Positions 11,889 through 24,244 of a stretch of 64,000 bases of DNA are shown here, in pieces; position 1 is the first letter of the stretch; every line of letters begins with the position of its first letter. Source of the stretch: Rhizophagus irregularis (Eukaryota); contig NC_089431.1 of assembly GCF_026210795.1 (NCBI RefSeq), positions 1,426,001 through 1,490,000 of the forward strand, read 5' to 3'. The notes beneath the pieces were generated by a model. The model worked only from the letters and a program-made list of their open reading frames with translations. It made no database searches and had not been told where the DNA came from. The position numbers and the translations under genes were made by a program.

Positions 11889-13393
11889 ATGGATGATAAT
11901 AGTCTTTTGCCAAAATTATCTCAAAATTTACTCGAAATATTAAATGATGAAGAATATTATGATGTTACAATTGAAGTTGGTAATGACCCTTACGTAAAAA
12001 CATTTCGTGCACATATGGTCGTTTTATATTATCGTTCCCCTTATCTGAAAAGAATTTTGTCAACCAATAAAAAGAAAAATGACGAAATTTTGGTACATAT
12101 TAAATTACCAGAAATTTTACCAGAAATTTTTGAAATAATTTTAAGGTAAATTAAATTAAAATTTTTAATAATTATAATATATATAATATGTTTTACAACT
12201 CTTTTTTTTTTAGGTACATTTATGGAGGAAAAGTCTCTCTGGAAGAATTTGATATTTCAGCTATCATTAAAATCCTAGATGCTGCTAGTAAACTTAGTCT
12301 TCAGGAATTAATTAATTATTTACAATCTTATTTAATTAAAATAAAAGCGAATTGGATTGAACAAAATTTTAATATGGTATATCAAGCAAGTTTTGAAAAT
12401 AATTCTTTCTTAGAACTTCAGAAATATTGTACAAAATTAATTTCTGATGAACCAGATAAAATATTTCAATCATTAAATTTCTCTTCAATTCCAGAAAAAC
12501 TTTTGGCTTTAATAATTCAAAATGATAATCTTCAAATGAGTGAAGTTCAAATTTGGGAACACGTTCTTAAATGGGGATTTGCTCAAAATCCAGAGCTTTC
12601 CTCTGATCCTACAAGTTTTTCAGTGGAGGATTTTAATACTTTAAAAAATACTTTACAACAACTTATTCCATTTATTAGATTTTATAATTTAACTTCAAAA
12701 GAATTTTCAGATAAAGTATTTCCTTATATGAAAATTTTACCTGAAGATTTATGTTTAGACTTACTAAAAACCTTTTTGAATCTTTCCGATCCTAATAGCA
12801 AGCCAAGTGATAAGTCAAAACCTCGTATAAACAAAAAAATTAATTTAAGAAATATTGATATTGATTCAACAATTATTACACACGAACATGCTGAATTAAT
12901 CTCAAAATGGATTGAGAAATTAGAAATTACTGATCAATTAACTTCTTCATTTGAATTCAAATTATTATTTCGCGGATCTCGTGATGGATTCACACCTAAA
13001 AAATTTCATGAATTTTGTGATGGACAATCTCACACTATAACAGTTGCTAAAGTAAGAGACAGTAATGAAATTCTTGGAGGATATAATCCAGTTGCATGGA
13101 AATCTGCTGATTATAGCTATAATACCACTAAAGATAGTTTTATTTTTTCCTTTGAGAGTAATAATAGAATAAACAATTACATTTTAAGTCATGTGATTAA
13201 GGGAGAATCTGCTATATACAATGACAGTAAATTTGGTCCATCATTTGGCGGTGGTGATCTTTATTTATTGAATTCTTCTACGAAATCTGGTAATAGCATT
13301 TGTGTAAAATACTCTTACGATAAATCGATTAGAAAAACCGCAAATTCATTTTCTATAGAAGAACTTGAAGTGTTTCAAATTATTAAAAATTAA
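11889..13393 (+). CDS. BTB/POZ-BACK-TLDc protein, copy 2 (~478 aa; exons 11889-12145, 12214-13393)
   Basis: Same architecture and intron position as copy 1. Confidence 0.92.
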
Positions 13394-13567
13394 GCACCAA
13401 CAGATAGAATATCAATTTATTCGCAAGAATCTTGCGTATATTTATTACGTTATCTATTATAAAAAGGGTAAAAAAGCTTTTTATTTCGATATTCTAAATA
13501 AATTGTGGCTTTAAATTTTTTTTTTTTTATCAAATTATAAGTTCTGATTATTATTAAATAAGTAAAT

Positions 13568-14087
13568 ATGGATAATTTTTTTGCCAAAATTATCTCGAAA
13601 TTTCTCGAAACTCTAAATGATGAAGAATACTCACGTGAAAATATTTCGTGTTATCTTATATTATCGTTCTCCTCATTCTCATTTGAAAAGAATTTTATCA
13701 CTAATAAAAAGAAAAATGATGAATTTTGGCACATATTAAATTACCAGAAATTTTACCAAATAATTTAATGTAAATTAAGCTTTATAACAGTTGTTAAACT
13801 AATAGATAGTAATGAAATAGTAATGAAATTTTTGGAAGGATATAATCCGATTGCATGGGAAATCTGATTATAGCTATAGTGCCACTAAAGATAGTTTTAT
13901 TTTCTCTTTTTGAAAATAGTAACTTTGTTTAAGTCGCGCGATTAATGAAAGATATGCTATATATAATAACCTTTTTGGTTTACTTCAAGATCTGGTAATA
14001 GCATTAGCAAGAAAAATTTTTATTAGAAAAACCACAAATAAATTTTTCGTAGAAGAATTTGAAGTATTTCAAATTATTAAAACTTAG
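13568..14087 (+). pseudogene. Chimeric BTB-TLDc pseudogene
   Basis: Frameshifted BTB exon 1 (resembles 15957 onward) joined near 13780 to a frameshifted copy of the copy-1 TLDc 3' end; BACK region missing. Confidence 0.85.
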
Positions 14088-14306
14088 GTTATATTCTAAC
14101 AGTTAACGCCTCGTTTGCAGGTATAATTTATTAAAAAAAGATTTATTACGTCATTAATTTTTTTTACGATCTCCTGATATAATTACTAAATAAATTCGAG
14201 TCACGTTATCTATACTTTTTGTATATAAAATTTGTCCCATTCACTCACTATTTAAGATAAATTTCTTTCTATTTACCAAATTGTAAAAATTCCTATTACT
14301 AAATAA

Positions 14307-15805
14307 ATGGATGATAATAGTCTTTTGCCAAAATTATCTCAAAATTTACTCGAAATATTAAATGATGATGAATATTATGATGCTACAATTGAAGTTGGTA
14401 ATGACCCTTACGTAAAAACATATCGTGCGCATATGGTCGTTTTATATTATCGTTCCTCTTATCTGAAAAGAATATTGTCAACCAATAAAAAGAAAAATGA
14501 CGAAATTTTGGTACATATTAAATTACCAGAAATTTTACCAGAAATTTTTGAAATAATTTTAAGGTAAATTAAATTAAAATTTTTTATAATTATAATATAT
14601 ATATTATGATTTTACAACTCTTTTTTTTTAGGTACATTTATGGAGGAAGAGTGTCTTTGGAAGAATATGATATTTCAGCTATCATTAAAATCCTAGATGC
14701 TGCTAGTAAACTTAGTCTTCAGGAATTAATTAATTATTTACAATCTTATTTAATTAAAATAAAAGCGAATTGGATTGAACAAAATTTTAATATGGTATAT
14801 CAAGCAAGTTTTGAAAATAATTCTTTCTTAGAACTTCAGAAATATTGTACAAAATTGATTTCTGATGAACCAGATAAAATATTTCAATCATTAAATTTCT
14901 CTTCAATTCCAGAAAAACTTTTGGCCTCAATAATTCAAAATGATAATCTTCAAATGAGTGAAGTTCAAGTTTGGGAACACGTTCTTAAATGGGGAATTGC
15001 TCAAAATCCAGAACTTTCCTCTGATCCTACAAGTTTTTCAGTGGAGGATTTTAATACTTTAAAAAATACTTTACAACAACTTATTCCATTTATTAGATTT
15101 TATAATTTAACTTCAAAAGAATTTTCCGATAAAGTATTACCTTATATGAAAATTTTACCTGATGATTTATGTATGGACTTATTAAAAACCTTTTTGAATC
15201 TTTTGGATCCTAATAGCAAGCCAAGTGATAAGTCAAAACCTCGTATAAACAAAAAAATTAATTTAAGAAATATTGATATTAATTCAACAATTATTACACA
15301 CGAACATGCTGAATTAATCTCAAAATGGATTGAGAAATTAGAAATTACTGATCAATTAACTTCTTCATTTAAATTCAAATTATTATTTCGCGGATCTCGT
15401 GATGGATTCACACCTAAAAAATTTCATGAATTTTGTGATGAACAATCTCGTACTATAACAGTTGCTAAAGTAAGAGACAGTAATGAAATTCTTGGAGGAT
15501 ATAATCCAGTTGCATGGAAATCTGCTGCTATTCATAGATCTAGTACCACTAAAGATAGTTTTATTTTCTCTTTTGAGAGTAATAATAGAATAAACAATTA
15601 TATTTTAAGTCATGTAATTAATGGAGAATCTGCTATATATAATAACAGTGTTTGTGGACCATTATTTGGCTGTGGTGATCTTTATTTATTGACGAAACCC
15701 GGTGATAGCGTTTGTAAAAAAGGCTCTTACGACAAATCGATTAGAAAAACCGAAAATCGATTTTTTATAGAAGAACTTGAAGTATTTCAAATTATTAAAA
15801 CTTAA
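14307..15805 (+). CDS. BTB/POZ-BACK-TLDc protein, copy 3 (~476 aa; exons 14307-14563, 14632-15805)
   Basis: Near-identical to copy 2 except in the TLDc C-terminal half. Confidence 0.92.
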
Positions 15806-15956
15806 GCACCAACAGATAGAATATCAATTTATTCGCAAGAATCTTGCGTATATTTATTACGATATCTATTGTAAAAAGCGATATTCTAAATAAATTTGTA
15901 ATTTTAAATTTTTTTTATCAAATTATAAAGTTCTGATTATTATTAAATAAGTAAAT

Positions 15957-16567
15957 ATGGATAATTTTTTTGCCAAAATTATCTCGAAATTTCTCGAAAC
16001 TTTAAATGATGAAGAATATTATGATATTACGATTGAAGTTGGTAATGATCCTCACGTGAAAATATTTCGTGTTATCTTATATTATCGTTCTCCTCGTTCT
16101 CATTTGAAAAGAATTTTATCACTAATAGAAAGAAAAATGATGAAATTTTGAGTAAATTTTGGCACATTAAATTACTAAATTAAAAAATATAAATATATTT
16201 ATTAGTTTTTTTTTACAACCCATTTATTTTTAAGTACATTATGGAGGAAGCCTTTCTTTTGAAGAATATGATATCCCAGATATCATAAAAATCTTGGATA
16301 CTGTTAATAAATTTTGTCTTCAAGAATTAGTCAACTCTTTACATTTTTATTTGATCGAAAAAAAAAAGCAAATTGGATTGAACAAAATTTATTCTGATAT
16401 ATCAAGCAAGTTTGAAAATAATACTTTCTTGAAACTTCAAAAATATTGCACAAATTTAATTTCTGATGAGCCAGATAAAATATTCAAATTATTAAATTTT
16501 CCTCAATTTCTGAAAAGCTTTTGTCTTCACTTATTCAAAATATAATCTTCAAATGAGTGAATTTCAA
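15957..16567 (+). pseudogene. Truncated BTB-BACK pseudogene
   Basis: Frameshifted BTB and BACK segments that break off after NLQMSE. Confidence 0.85.
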
Positions 16568-16850
16568 GATGACTTGTTCGTTGTAAACTTTACAAGAACA
16601 GTTTTTGCAATAATATCCTCAATTTGGTAGATAGTATCTGTTGATTTAACCTCTAAAGCAATGGTTTTGATTCTGTTAACGTTAAGAACTTCAATAAATA
16701 ATTGCACTTTGTCTCATAAAAGAGTATTAGAACACAAATGTTATAGAATTACAAAGAGTCTCAAATTAATTTATAGGATAATGCGTTCTTAAAATCTGAC
16801 TTTTATTTGTAACATCGTAATCATTTCATCTGCAATGCGAATTAAATGAA
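16564..16850 (-). pseudogene. Ubiquitin-like domain relic
   Basis: Minus strand 16707-16564 reads VQLFIEVLNVNRIKTIALEVKSTDTIYQIEDII, resembling ubiquitin [23 protein letters not shown]; upstream NDYDVTNKSQI resembles a Ubl C-terminus. Confidence 0.55.
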
Positions 16851-17837
16851 TATACAAAATTATCATAATATTGTACTAAATGAAATATACCAGAAAAATA
16901 TCATCAAATTTGATAGACTCTTTATTACGAAAGAAAATAAAAAAAATACTTTTAGAACGTTTATTTTAGGTATGGTATATCTTGGATTTACGTGTAAGAT
17001 TTAGTCTTTGAGAATTTTTTTAATTAAAAACAAAAGAAGAACAAATTTTATTTTGATATACCGAAAATGACTCTTACTCGTCGGTAACCTTCAAATGAAT
17101 GAAATCTAAATTTAAGAAAAATAAATATGGAGACCTGCGAACTTCCTTCTTTTGATCCTACAAGATAGATGATTTAACAGCAATAACAGCAATATGTCAC
17201 ATTTTTGATAAAATTTCTTAATGCTAGAAGGCCTAGCAACTTAGTTTTTTGTTATAGTTTTATTTTTGCACATTGTTATCTAATATTACTATAAGCGTAT
17301 ACGTACTAGTTAAAATGATTATTCATTATTGAGTTTCTTTCTTATTCATCCGCACGACTTATCAAGATTGCTCATTTTTAATAATGTAACAATTGTAACA
17401 TATCAGCTGTTCAATGGATATCATTAGATACTTGTATTATCCTACCCGGTAACTTAATCACCAAGTAGTATTCAAAAAAATCATTTATATTTTAATACTT
17501 TAAAATTACTTTTAATATATTAATCATAGATCAATAATTTAAATATTCAGTAAGTACTATGTATTTAAATCCGTCGGCCGAAACGAAATAGAATAAAAAA
17601 AAACATTATTATATAATTATAATACAGAAGTAAATGTTTCAATAAATATGAATGACGGACAACATTATACATTTATATCATTCAATAAACCGGTTTCTCA
17701 TCTGGACGCAAAAAAATAAATACGATTAAATCAATATAGATTTTTTTTTAATTATCAAAAATTTTAGAATATATTATCAACCATTATCATACAGAGCAAT
17801 ATTAAATAACCCACTATCAATGAATGCATAATACAAA

Positions 17838-18161
17838 CTATTCTGTGAATCCGGAAACGGGAGGTTGTCCAAGACTCTGAGAAAGAGTGCTTAGTATGGC
17901 GCATGTATTGGGAGGTAAGAGTATATTCTTATTCTTATTCTTGATTTCCCAAGCGGCTTTTACGAGTCTAGTTGCTGGTCCCCATTTTAACCCACAACGT
18001 CGATAATCTTCTATTGTAAAACTAATAAAGTCCAAACCCCAAATTTTTTCTTTATCAAGAATCTCTAAGTCACTCTCGTCAAGCAAGTCTATATCTCGTA
18101 AAAACTTTATAAGCTTGTCCGTTTTTATCCTGCAGAATAGTTCAAGCCACCATGAGCCCAT
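17838..18161 (-). CDS. Small stand-alone SAM-domain protein 1 (107 aa from MGSWW)
   Basis: LIKFLRDIDLLDESDLEILDKEKIWGLDFISFT..GLKWGPATRL fits SAM (F/L..E.I.G..L..L....L..LG...G.R); the Met aligns with the paralog at 22228. Confidence 0.75.
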   Translation of the reverse strand: MGSWWLELFCRIKTDKLIKFLRDIDLLDESDLEILDKEKIWGLDFISFTIEDYRRCGLKWGPATRLVKAAWEIKNKNKNILLPPNTCAILSTLSQSLGQPPVSGFTE

Positions 18162-18429
18162 ATTCGACTTGATTCGGTTCAGATTAGCACAAGATTTTTT
18201 TCTTTTTTCTTTTTTGTTTGCAACTGAAACAATCAAAATTTTGCTGCACAGGATGATCATAAAACTAAGAACAACTTTCCTTATTCAGTCATGATCATCA
18301 CGATTGAGCTAAGCCACTATTTCGATATTTTGAAATCTCCAAATGCAACAAAACAGGCATATGTTATTGGTATGTGAACTTTTATTAAAATATATTTAAA
18401 CATTTTATTTTTGATTAAATAGCAGATCA

Positions 18430-18953
18430 TGATCCCGTTTTAAGGATACATGTCGCGAAACCATCATTATCCCTATAGTTTGCCCACCCAATTTTCTATC
18501 AGATAAAACTAGTCTTTTTCTGCTAATAAAAATTTCATAATCAAAACAAATGCACAGTAATAAAAAAAAGAAAAACTTAAAGGATACAAACTAGCTAGTT
18601 TGGAAAAAGAAATAGATTTGCGTCATCTACCAACGGCGTATGGCATATCACGTCTGCCACAGTTAGGATTATGTGATAATTGTAGACTTCAAATGAATAA
18701 AAACATGGTGTGGTGCTTGCTTGCGGCCATGGTTACCATCCAGTTTGTTATAGCATATATTGCGAGAATTTTTATAAGAATGGTATTTTTGAAAATGTAA
18801 ATTCTTTTTAAAAAGAATAGAAAAAGGAGCAGATTTACTTACAAATGATGATCTAGATGATAGCGAGAAGGAATATCAGACGAGACAATAAATGAACAAG
18901 CAGATGTATCTGCCATGTTAGCAACAGCAATCAGTGATATAAATTATTGGTAA
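18430..18953 (+). pseudogene. Frameshifted 3' fragment of a Cys/His-rich (RING-like) protein
   Basis: IDLRHLPTAY..CDNC, then after a frameshift GVVLACGHGYHPVCY..YCENFYKNGIFENVNSF and an acidic tail. Confidence 0.5.
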
Positions 18954-19299
18954 TAAATGTACTGTACAGTATAATACAATGATAATAATTATTGGTTTCT
19001 TCAAGTATTAATTGTACGCGTAGTAAACCAAAGTCATGTCTAGAGACAGTTTGCTTATTAAGTTAGTGAGGTATTTAAAGAATATAGTACTGATAAAATT
19101 ACTGTATAAATAGCCTGTGTAACATTAGATCGTGTTTTTTTTTAACATTACTTATATGACGACTTAACGTGATAAAAATAATGTAAAAATTAGGATATTT
19201 TTAACGAACAAATAATATGTCCCATATATGTAGAATACCAGATTAACATTGATGAAGAAAATAATAATAATACATAAAACAATTATCGTCAGAAAAGAA

Positions 19300-21013
19300 C
19301 TCTATATTTTACATCTCAAAGAAATGATATGGAACATCGAAAAGAATTCTTCGACTTATATAAACATAATAGCTTTAAGGATCTGACATGAAAGGTTTAT
19401 AAATCTTCGCGAGAAAGCTAATGAGTGGGAATCACTTAAAGAACTTGCAAAGACTTATACAGAAACTGACATAAAAGAGCTTCGGAGGTAAAAATTATTA
19501 TCGACTGGTAAAATCTCAAAGGAGTTTCATGCAACTGCCCATCACCAGTAAGTGTCTCTCAATGGTTTACCTCTCGAACAAGAAATTCGCGTTAACTTAT
19601 ATTTTTTTTTTATCTAATGAAGGAAAGGAAAGATGGACGAGACTAGAAGCCAAGGCAAAAAGATGGGAAACGAGAGTATCCAAAATAATCAAATGATGGT
19701 CGTGACAGTCTAATGGTTATATCGACTGGCGGGAAGGAAATTTTCATTAGTTACGTGGAAAAGAACCGTACTGGCATTTTGTGCAGCCCCCCTTCGTCAG
19801 GAAAGAATACTCTTGGCGAGTATTTCCGAGATTATCATAATGATATTTATATTATTCTTGCCGGTATGATATGTGAAGGTGAAGAGACCAAGAGAAATGA
19901 GTTTGATGCTTTCTGGATGTGTAAAGTTAGTTGTACTTGGAGTGACATTAGTAATTGTACACCTGTTTGTTGATGAGATATGGTAATCATGCTCGATACT
20001 TTTGGCAGAAGGTGAAGATTTTTAGTCAAATACTGGATGTAATGATACTTTTCCTTGGTATGTACCATCCAACACTTGTTGATAATCCAACACCTGCAGA
20101 ATTTGCTCATGCTCTTGGCCTGAATGATACACTTGTCATGAACTTCGTTCAGAAATGTAATATGCAAAGGTTATAAACGTGATCTTTAATATTACTAACG
20201 GGTATCCTGGATTATTTTGAGATGGTTACGTGATCATGCAAGAACTACGTCAACGGCGGAAATTTTACAGTCTCTCGCCTAATCAAGTTTACGAAGTAGT
20301 ATAGCAACAACTTCTCGTGCTGTTCATTGGACTGAGAACTGGAATCCAAGTAAAGGTGAAACCAAGTAATATGCTATTTATTTGTCGAGATAATGATTTC
20401 ACCATGATGATGTTGATCCAAATTTTGATATCGCAAAAAGATTTATAAAGTCAGGTGCCTTTGCAAGGATTCCACTAATGGAAAAATAAAATTTTCTGCA
20501 CCCATCACACGAATTATTCTAAGCCATCATCTCTATACCTCCTCTCTTGCAAAATCACCTAAAATAAATTTTAGAGACTTTTTAGTACGAACTATTGAAC
20601 GCCTTCCATCTAAATTAATCAATTCACTTGGGAAAGGGATTGATTCATACTTATTCAAAAGAGGCTGGCAGATGGAGTGGTATCGTACTGCAACAACTGT
20701 AGTACCAATAGATGCAACAGTTAATGCAGATTGTGGGCACAGTGTTTGGCTCATCAGAATTTCTAGATTCTTACATTAATGGAAATTATTACGAGAGAGT
20801 AATAAGTGCAGGAACATGCAAACTGATTCGGAGAATATCCTGACATTCTGCTAAAGAAATGGGTTATTCTAGACTTAGATGCTATGAAAAAGAAGTAAGA
20901 ACACCTAAACAAAACTTCTGGCATGTGTGCTACTCAGGTGACTGTAAAAGTGTTACTATCAAACGTCGTGATCAGGCTGACTAAACTCTGTTATTGCAAG
21001 GTGATAATGTATA
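19300..21013 (+). pseudogene. Crinkler-like P-loop NTPase + PD-(D/E)xK nuclease pseudogene
   Basis: Walker A-like SPPSSGKN, Walker B-like DEI region, ILFLGMY, and C-terminal WQMEWYRTATTVVP..D.G.VFGS..FLD.YING..LLRE typical of CRN NTPase-REase proteins; many frameshifts. Boundaries approximate. Confidence 0.65.
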
Positions 21014-21916
21014 AACATGCAGAAACTTTATAATTAATTTAGAAAATATTAAAAATTTATTTAAACAAAGGATGATTTTATGCAAAAAAATCAAAATTTT
21101 GCTACACAGAATACACGAAATTATAATGAGGTGAGAGTCATCTGAACTGATGAAGAAACTGAATATTTAATAGAACAAAGAATGAGTAATTTTGGGAGTC
21201 AAGCAATGTAGTTTTGGGTTCCGAATTAATTCTTGATTATATTTCTCCCTATGATAATTAGTTATCATAACCAAAAGTATTTGAAAATCAAGTTTAAAGG
21301 TTACTTATCTCTATTTTATAGTTATTTATTTTTTCTTTTTTACTCCCTCAAATTAGTTTTTTTGCAAAGTATGACAATAAAAATTAAAAATTAATGTTTT
21401 GGAACAAAATTTACTATAAATCAAAACAAAATGGAAAAGAATATATAACTTTTATAAAACATTAATAATATTTTATAATTTAAAAATCATAAGACGCACT
21501 ACTTTCCTTATTCAGTCATAATCATCCCGATTAAAAATATTATTATTGAATTTCTTTCTTATTCCATCCGCAAGACTTAACAAGTACATTTTGCTATACT
21601 CATTTTTAATAATGTACTTAACAATTCGTTCAATAATATCATAGGTACAGTATTTGAAAATTACAAATAACTTATTAGATAATTATTCAGTAAGTAGTAT
21701 TTATGCATAGAATAAAATTTATAATGTAAAAATAAAATTTAATATTCAATATAATAATATGAATAATGGAAGAGATTATTGTATCATTCGATAAAACAGG
21801 TATTCTATTAATATAATCCTTAGTTTTTTTAAAATATTATCATATTATTTAAATATATTTAAATCATCACATTATCACATTATTTATTATACAAAAATAA
21901 TAAAAAAACGAATAAA

Positions 21917-22228
21917 CTATTCTGTAACAGGAGGTAGATCAAGACTCTTGGAAAGAGTGCTTAATACGGTACGTGTATTGGGTGGTAACAAATTCCAATT
22001 CTTGCACCTGATTTCCCAAGCGGCTCTTATAAGTCTTATTGCTGGTCCCCATTTCAACCCACAAAGATGAAAATCTTGTCTTGAAAAGCTTATAAAATCC
22101 AATCCGTTAATCTTTTCGATGATAAGAATCTGTAAGTCACTTTCGTCAAGCAAGTTTATGTCGCGTAGAAACTTGATAAGCACTTCAGTATTTACTATGT
22201 TGAACAGTTCAGACCACCACTCGGTCAT
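21917..22228 (-). CDS. Small stand-alone SAM-domain protein 2 (103 aa from MTEWW)
   Basis: Colinear paralog of 17838-18161, including the LLPPNT..LSTLS.SL..PPV..TE tail. Confidence 0.75.
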   Translation of the reverse strand: MTEWWSELFNIVNTEVLIKFLRDINLLDESDLQILIIEKINGLDFISFSRQDFHLCGLKWGPAIRLIRAAWEIRCKNWNLLPPNTRTVLSTLSKSLDLPPVTE

Positions 22229-23132
22229 GTTTGATTTGCTTGGTTCGGATTGGGCAAGATTTTTTTTTTTGTAAATTAGAGAAATCAAAAATTTTTGCTA
22301 CCTAGTCATAAGACCAGGCCAACTTTCCCAATTCGGCCATGATTTTTTTAGCCGCTAAGCCACCAATTTCTAAACATTCTAATTGAAATAAAATATTTCG
22401 TTTCGTGTTCATAATAAATTAGCCATCTGTTAAACATCTTTCAGTCTTTCACGAATATTCGTGATAAGAAGTCTCCCACGATAAACAAAATTATTAAAAT
22501 TATTCAAATTTAACGTAAATGTTAATAGGACTAATAGGACTACTGTAATTATTTGTAGTGAGAAAATGTATTAATTTTATAATTTATTGTCATTATTGAA
22601 ATGAAAGACACAATTGGGTGGAAATCTTCAAGATTGTTTAAACAATTGGAAAGAAGGGAAAAAATCTTTATTTTTTGTTGAACTAAAAAAAGGAGGTTTC
22701 TTGACAAAAATTTATTATGCTAACAAATTTTTCTTTAGATATAATAAAAGTTATATCAAGTGATAGAACGAAATACAATATTATTCTTCACAGAAATTTT
22801 AATATATATGAGCAAATATAATCATAACATATAAAAACGCATAATTTTTTTTTTTTGCTTTTTTGCATGTAATGTACAGTACACGTTAATTTATTTTGTA
22901 AAAATGTTAAAAAATAAATATATGTTTATTTATTTATTTATATATTTTCGTACTCATAAAAAATATTTCATGAAGAACTACATGAAAAAAAATAAACAAA
23001 GAAAAAAATAAAATAAAATAAAATAAAATAAAATATTTAAAACATTATGTTAAAAAAGAAGATCCAGAGCACGAAAGTATTGGTATTTTTGTTCGCAATT
23101 TATTTGCCGCATCCGCAGTTTCCGGAGCAATC

Positions 23133-23271
23133 CGTGCAAGTGCATGTGCTATATTAATAATTTACGAAAATAACTTAAATATATATATAAAAGACACAAA
23201 TGAATAAAAAAAAAATATATATATATATAATATTTACGTGGATCCGCAGGTTTTGCAAGGGTCAGTGCTAG
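23133..23271 (+). mobile_element. Putative Helitron 3' terminus
   Basis: Imperfect GC-rich hairpin GATCCGCA-GGTTT-TGCAAGGGTC then CTAG|T (23268-23272); second hairpin CGTGC-AAGT-GCATG upstream. Confidence 0.4.
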
Positions 23272-24018
23272 TCATTTTGTTATTATTAATTTTTTAGATA
23301 GAAGTATTTGAGAAGGTTTGATTTTTTTTTTTCTTTAACGTTTCAGTTGTATGTAATTTGAGAATGTCAGATAGGTGAAAATAGGGTATATTTATATTGT
23401 TTTTTTCGATTGATTGAAATAAATTTTTTCCGAATAATCGGAGGAAAAAATCTTGCTTAAATAATCGGCAAAAATAGCTCAATTCTATATTTGGATTAGC
23501 AAAAATGCCTCAAATATTTGAGTAACCGGCGAAAATAACGCATCAAGTCATTATCCTGTTAATCAATTATTGTGATAAAGATAAGAATTTTGAATGACCA
23601 CATAAAGAGAGGTATTAATTTCATTTGTCCATTATTGTAACCCAAGAGGCTTATCAATCAAAACATTTAAATGAATGACCAAATGGTTTGTCGATTAAAC
23701 CGGATGATTTACATTATCTCAATATCGAACGTATTTGATAGAATGATAAGTAATTTACACTAAAAATTTTTTCTCATGCTTTCTTTCTTACATTAAAGTT
23801 CCTACCCCTTAAACTTAAAATTTTCATTCCTCCACCATTTCTACATTAAAACTTTTATTACCTATTCTCAAAAAGAAAATCATTAAAACAAGTTAGATGT
23901 ACTAGTGACCCGTTCTTATAAAAAAAAAAAAAGGAAAAAGAATGGTTAGTACCGTTCATAGAAAAAGGAACCAATCATCACAGTTATCACAAGTCGTTAG
24001 AAAGCCGGGCTGTATGCT

Positions 24019-24244
24019 TAGGGATGGGGAAAGTTCGCGGTTGAGTGGTTCGAGTTGGTTCGTTCCTGTTCGGTTCAGTACTTTCGGGTTCTGATAAAAT
24101 TTTGATATGAACTAGACCGAACTAACCAAATCGTATTATAGAACCATTATGAAATCGAAACCAGTTCATTCAATCTGAACAAGCTCAAGTCGATCCATCA
24201 CAATAGTATCGGTTCAGGACCGGAGCGGCCGGTTCCCATCACTA
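24019..24244. mobile_element. hAT-like MITE
   Basis: TIR TAGGGATGGGGAA versus reverse-complemented right end TAGTGATGGGAA (Ac-like TAGGGATG); many GGTTC/GAACC subrepeats; TSD uncertain (TGTATGCT versus TGAATGCT, offset by 3 nt). Confidence 0.7.

Noticed and set aside
9700..15805. Diversity-generating retroelement (template/variable repeat) explaining TLDc variation
   Set aside because: Differences are not adenine-specific, include indels, the relic copies are frameshifted, and no reverse transcriptase is visible in the window.
24030..24080. tRNA T-loop-like GGTTCGAG
   Set aside because: No cloverleaf; part of the hAT MITE subterminal repeats.
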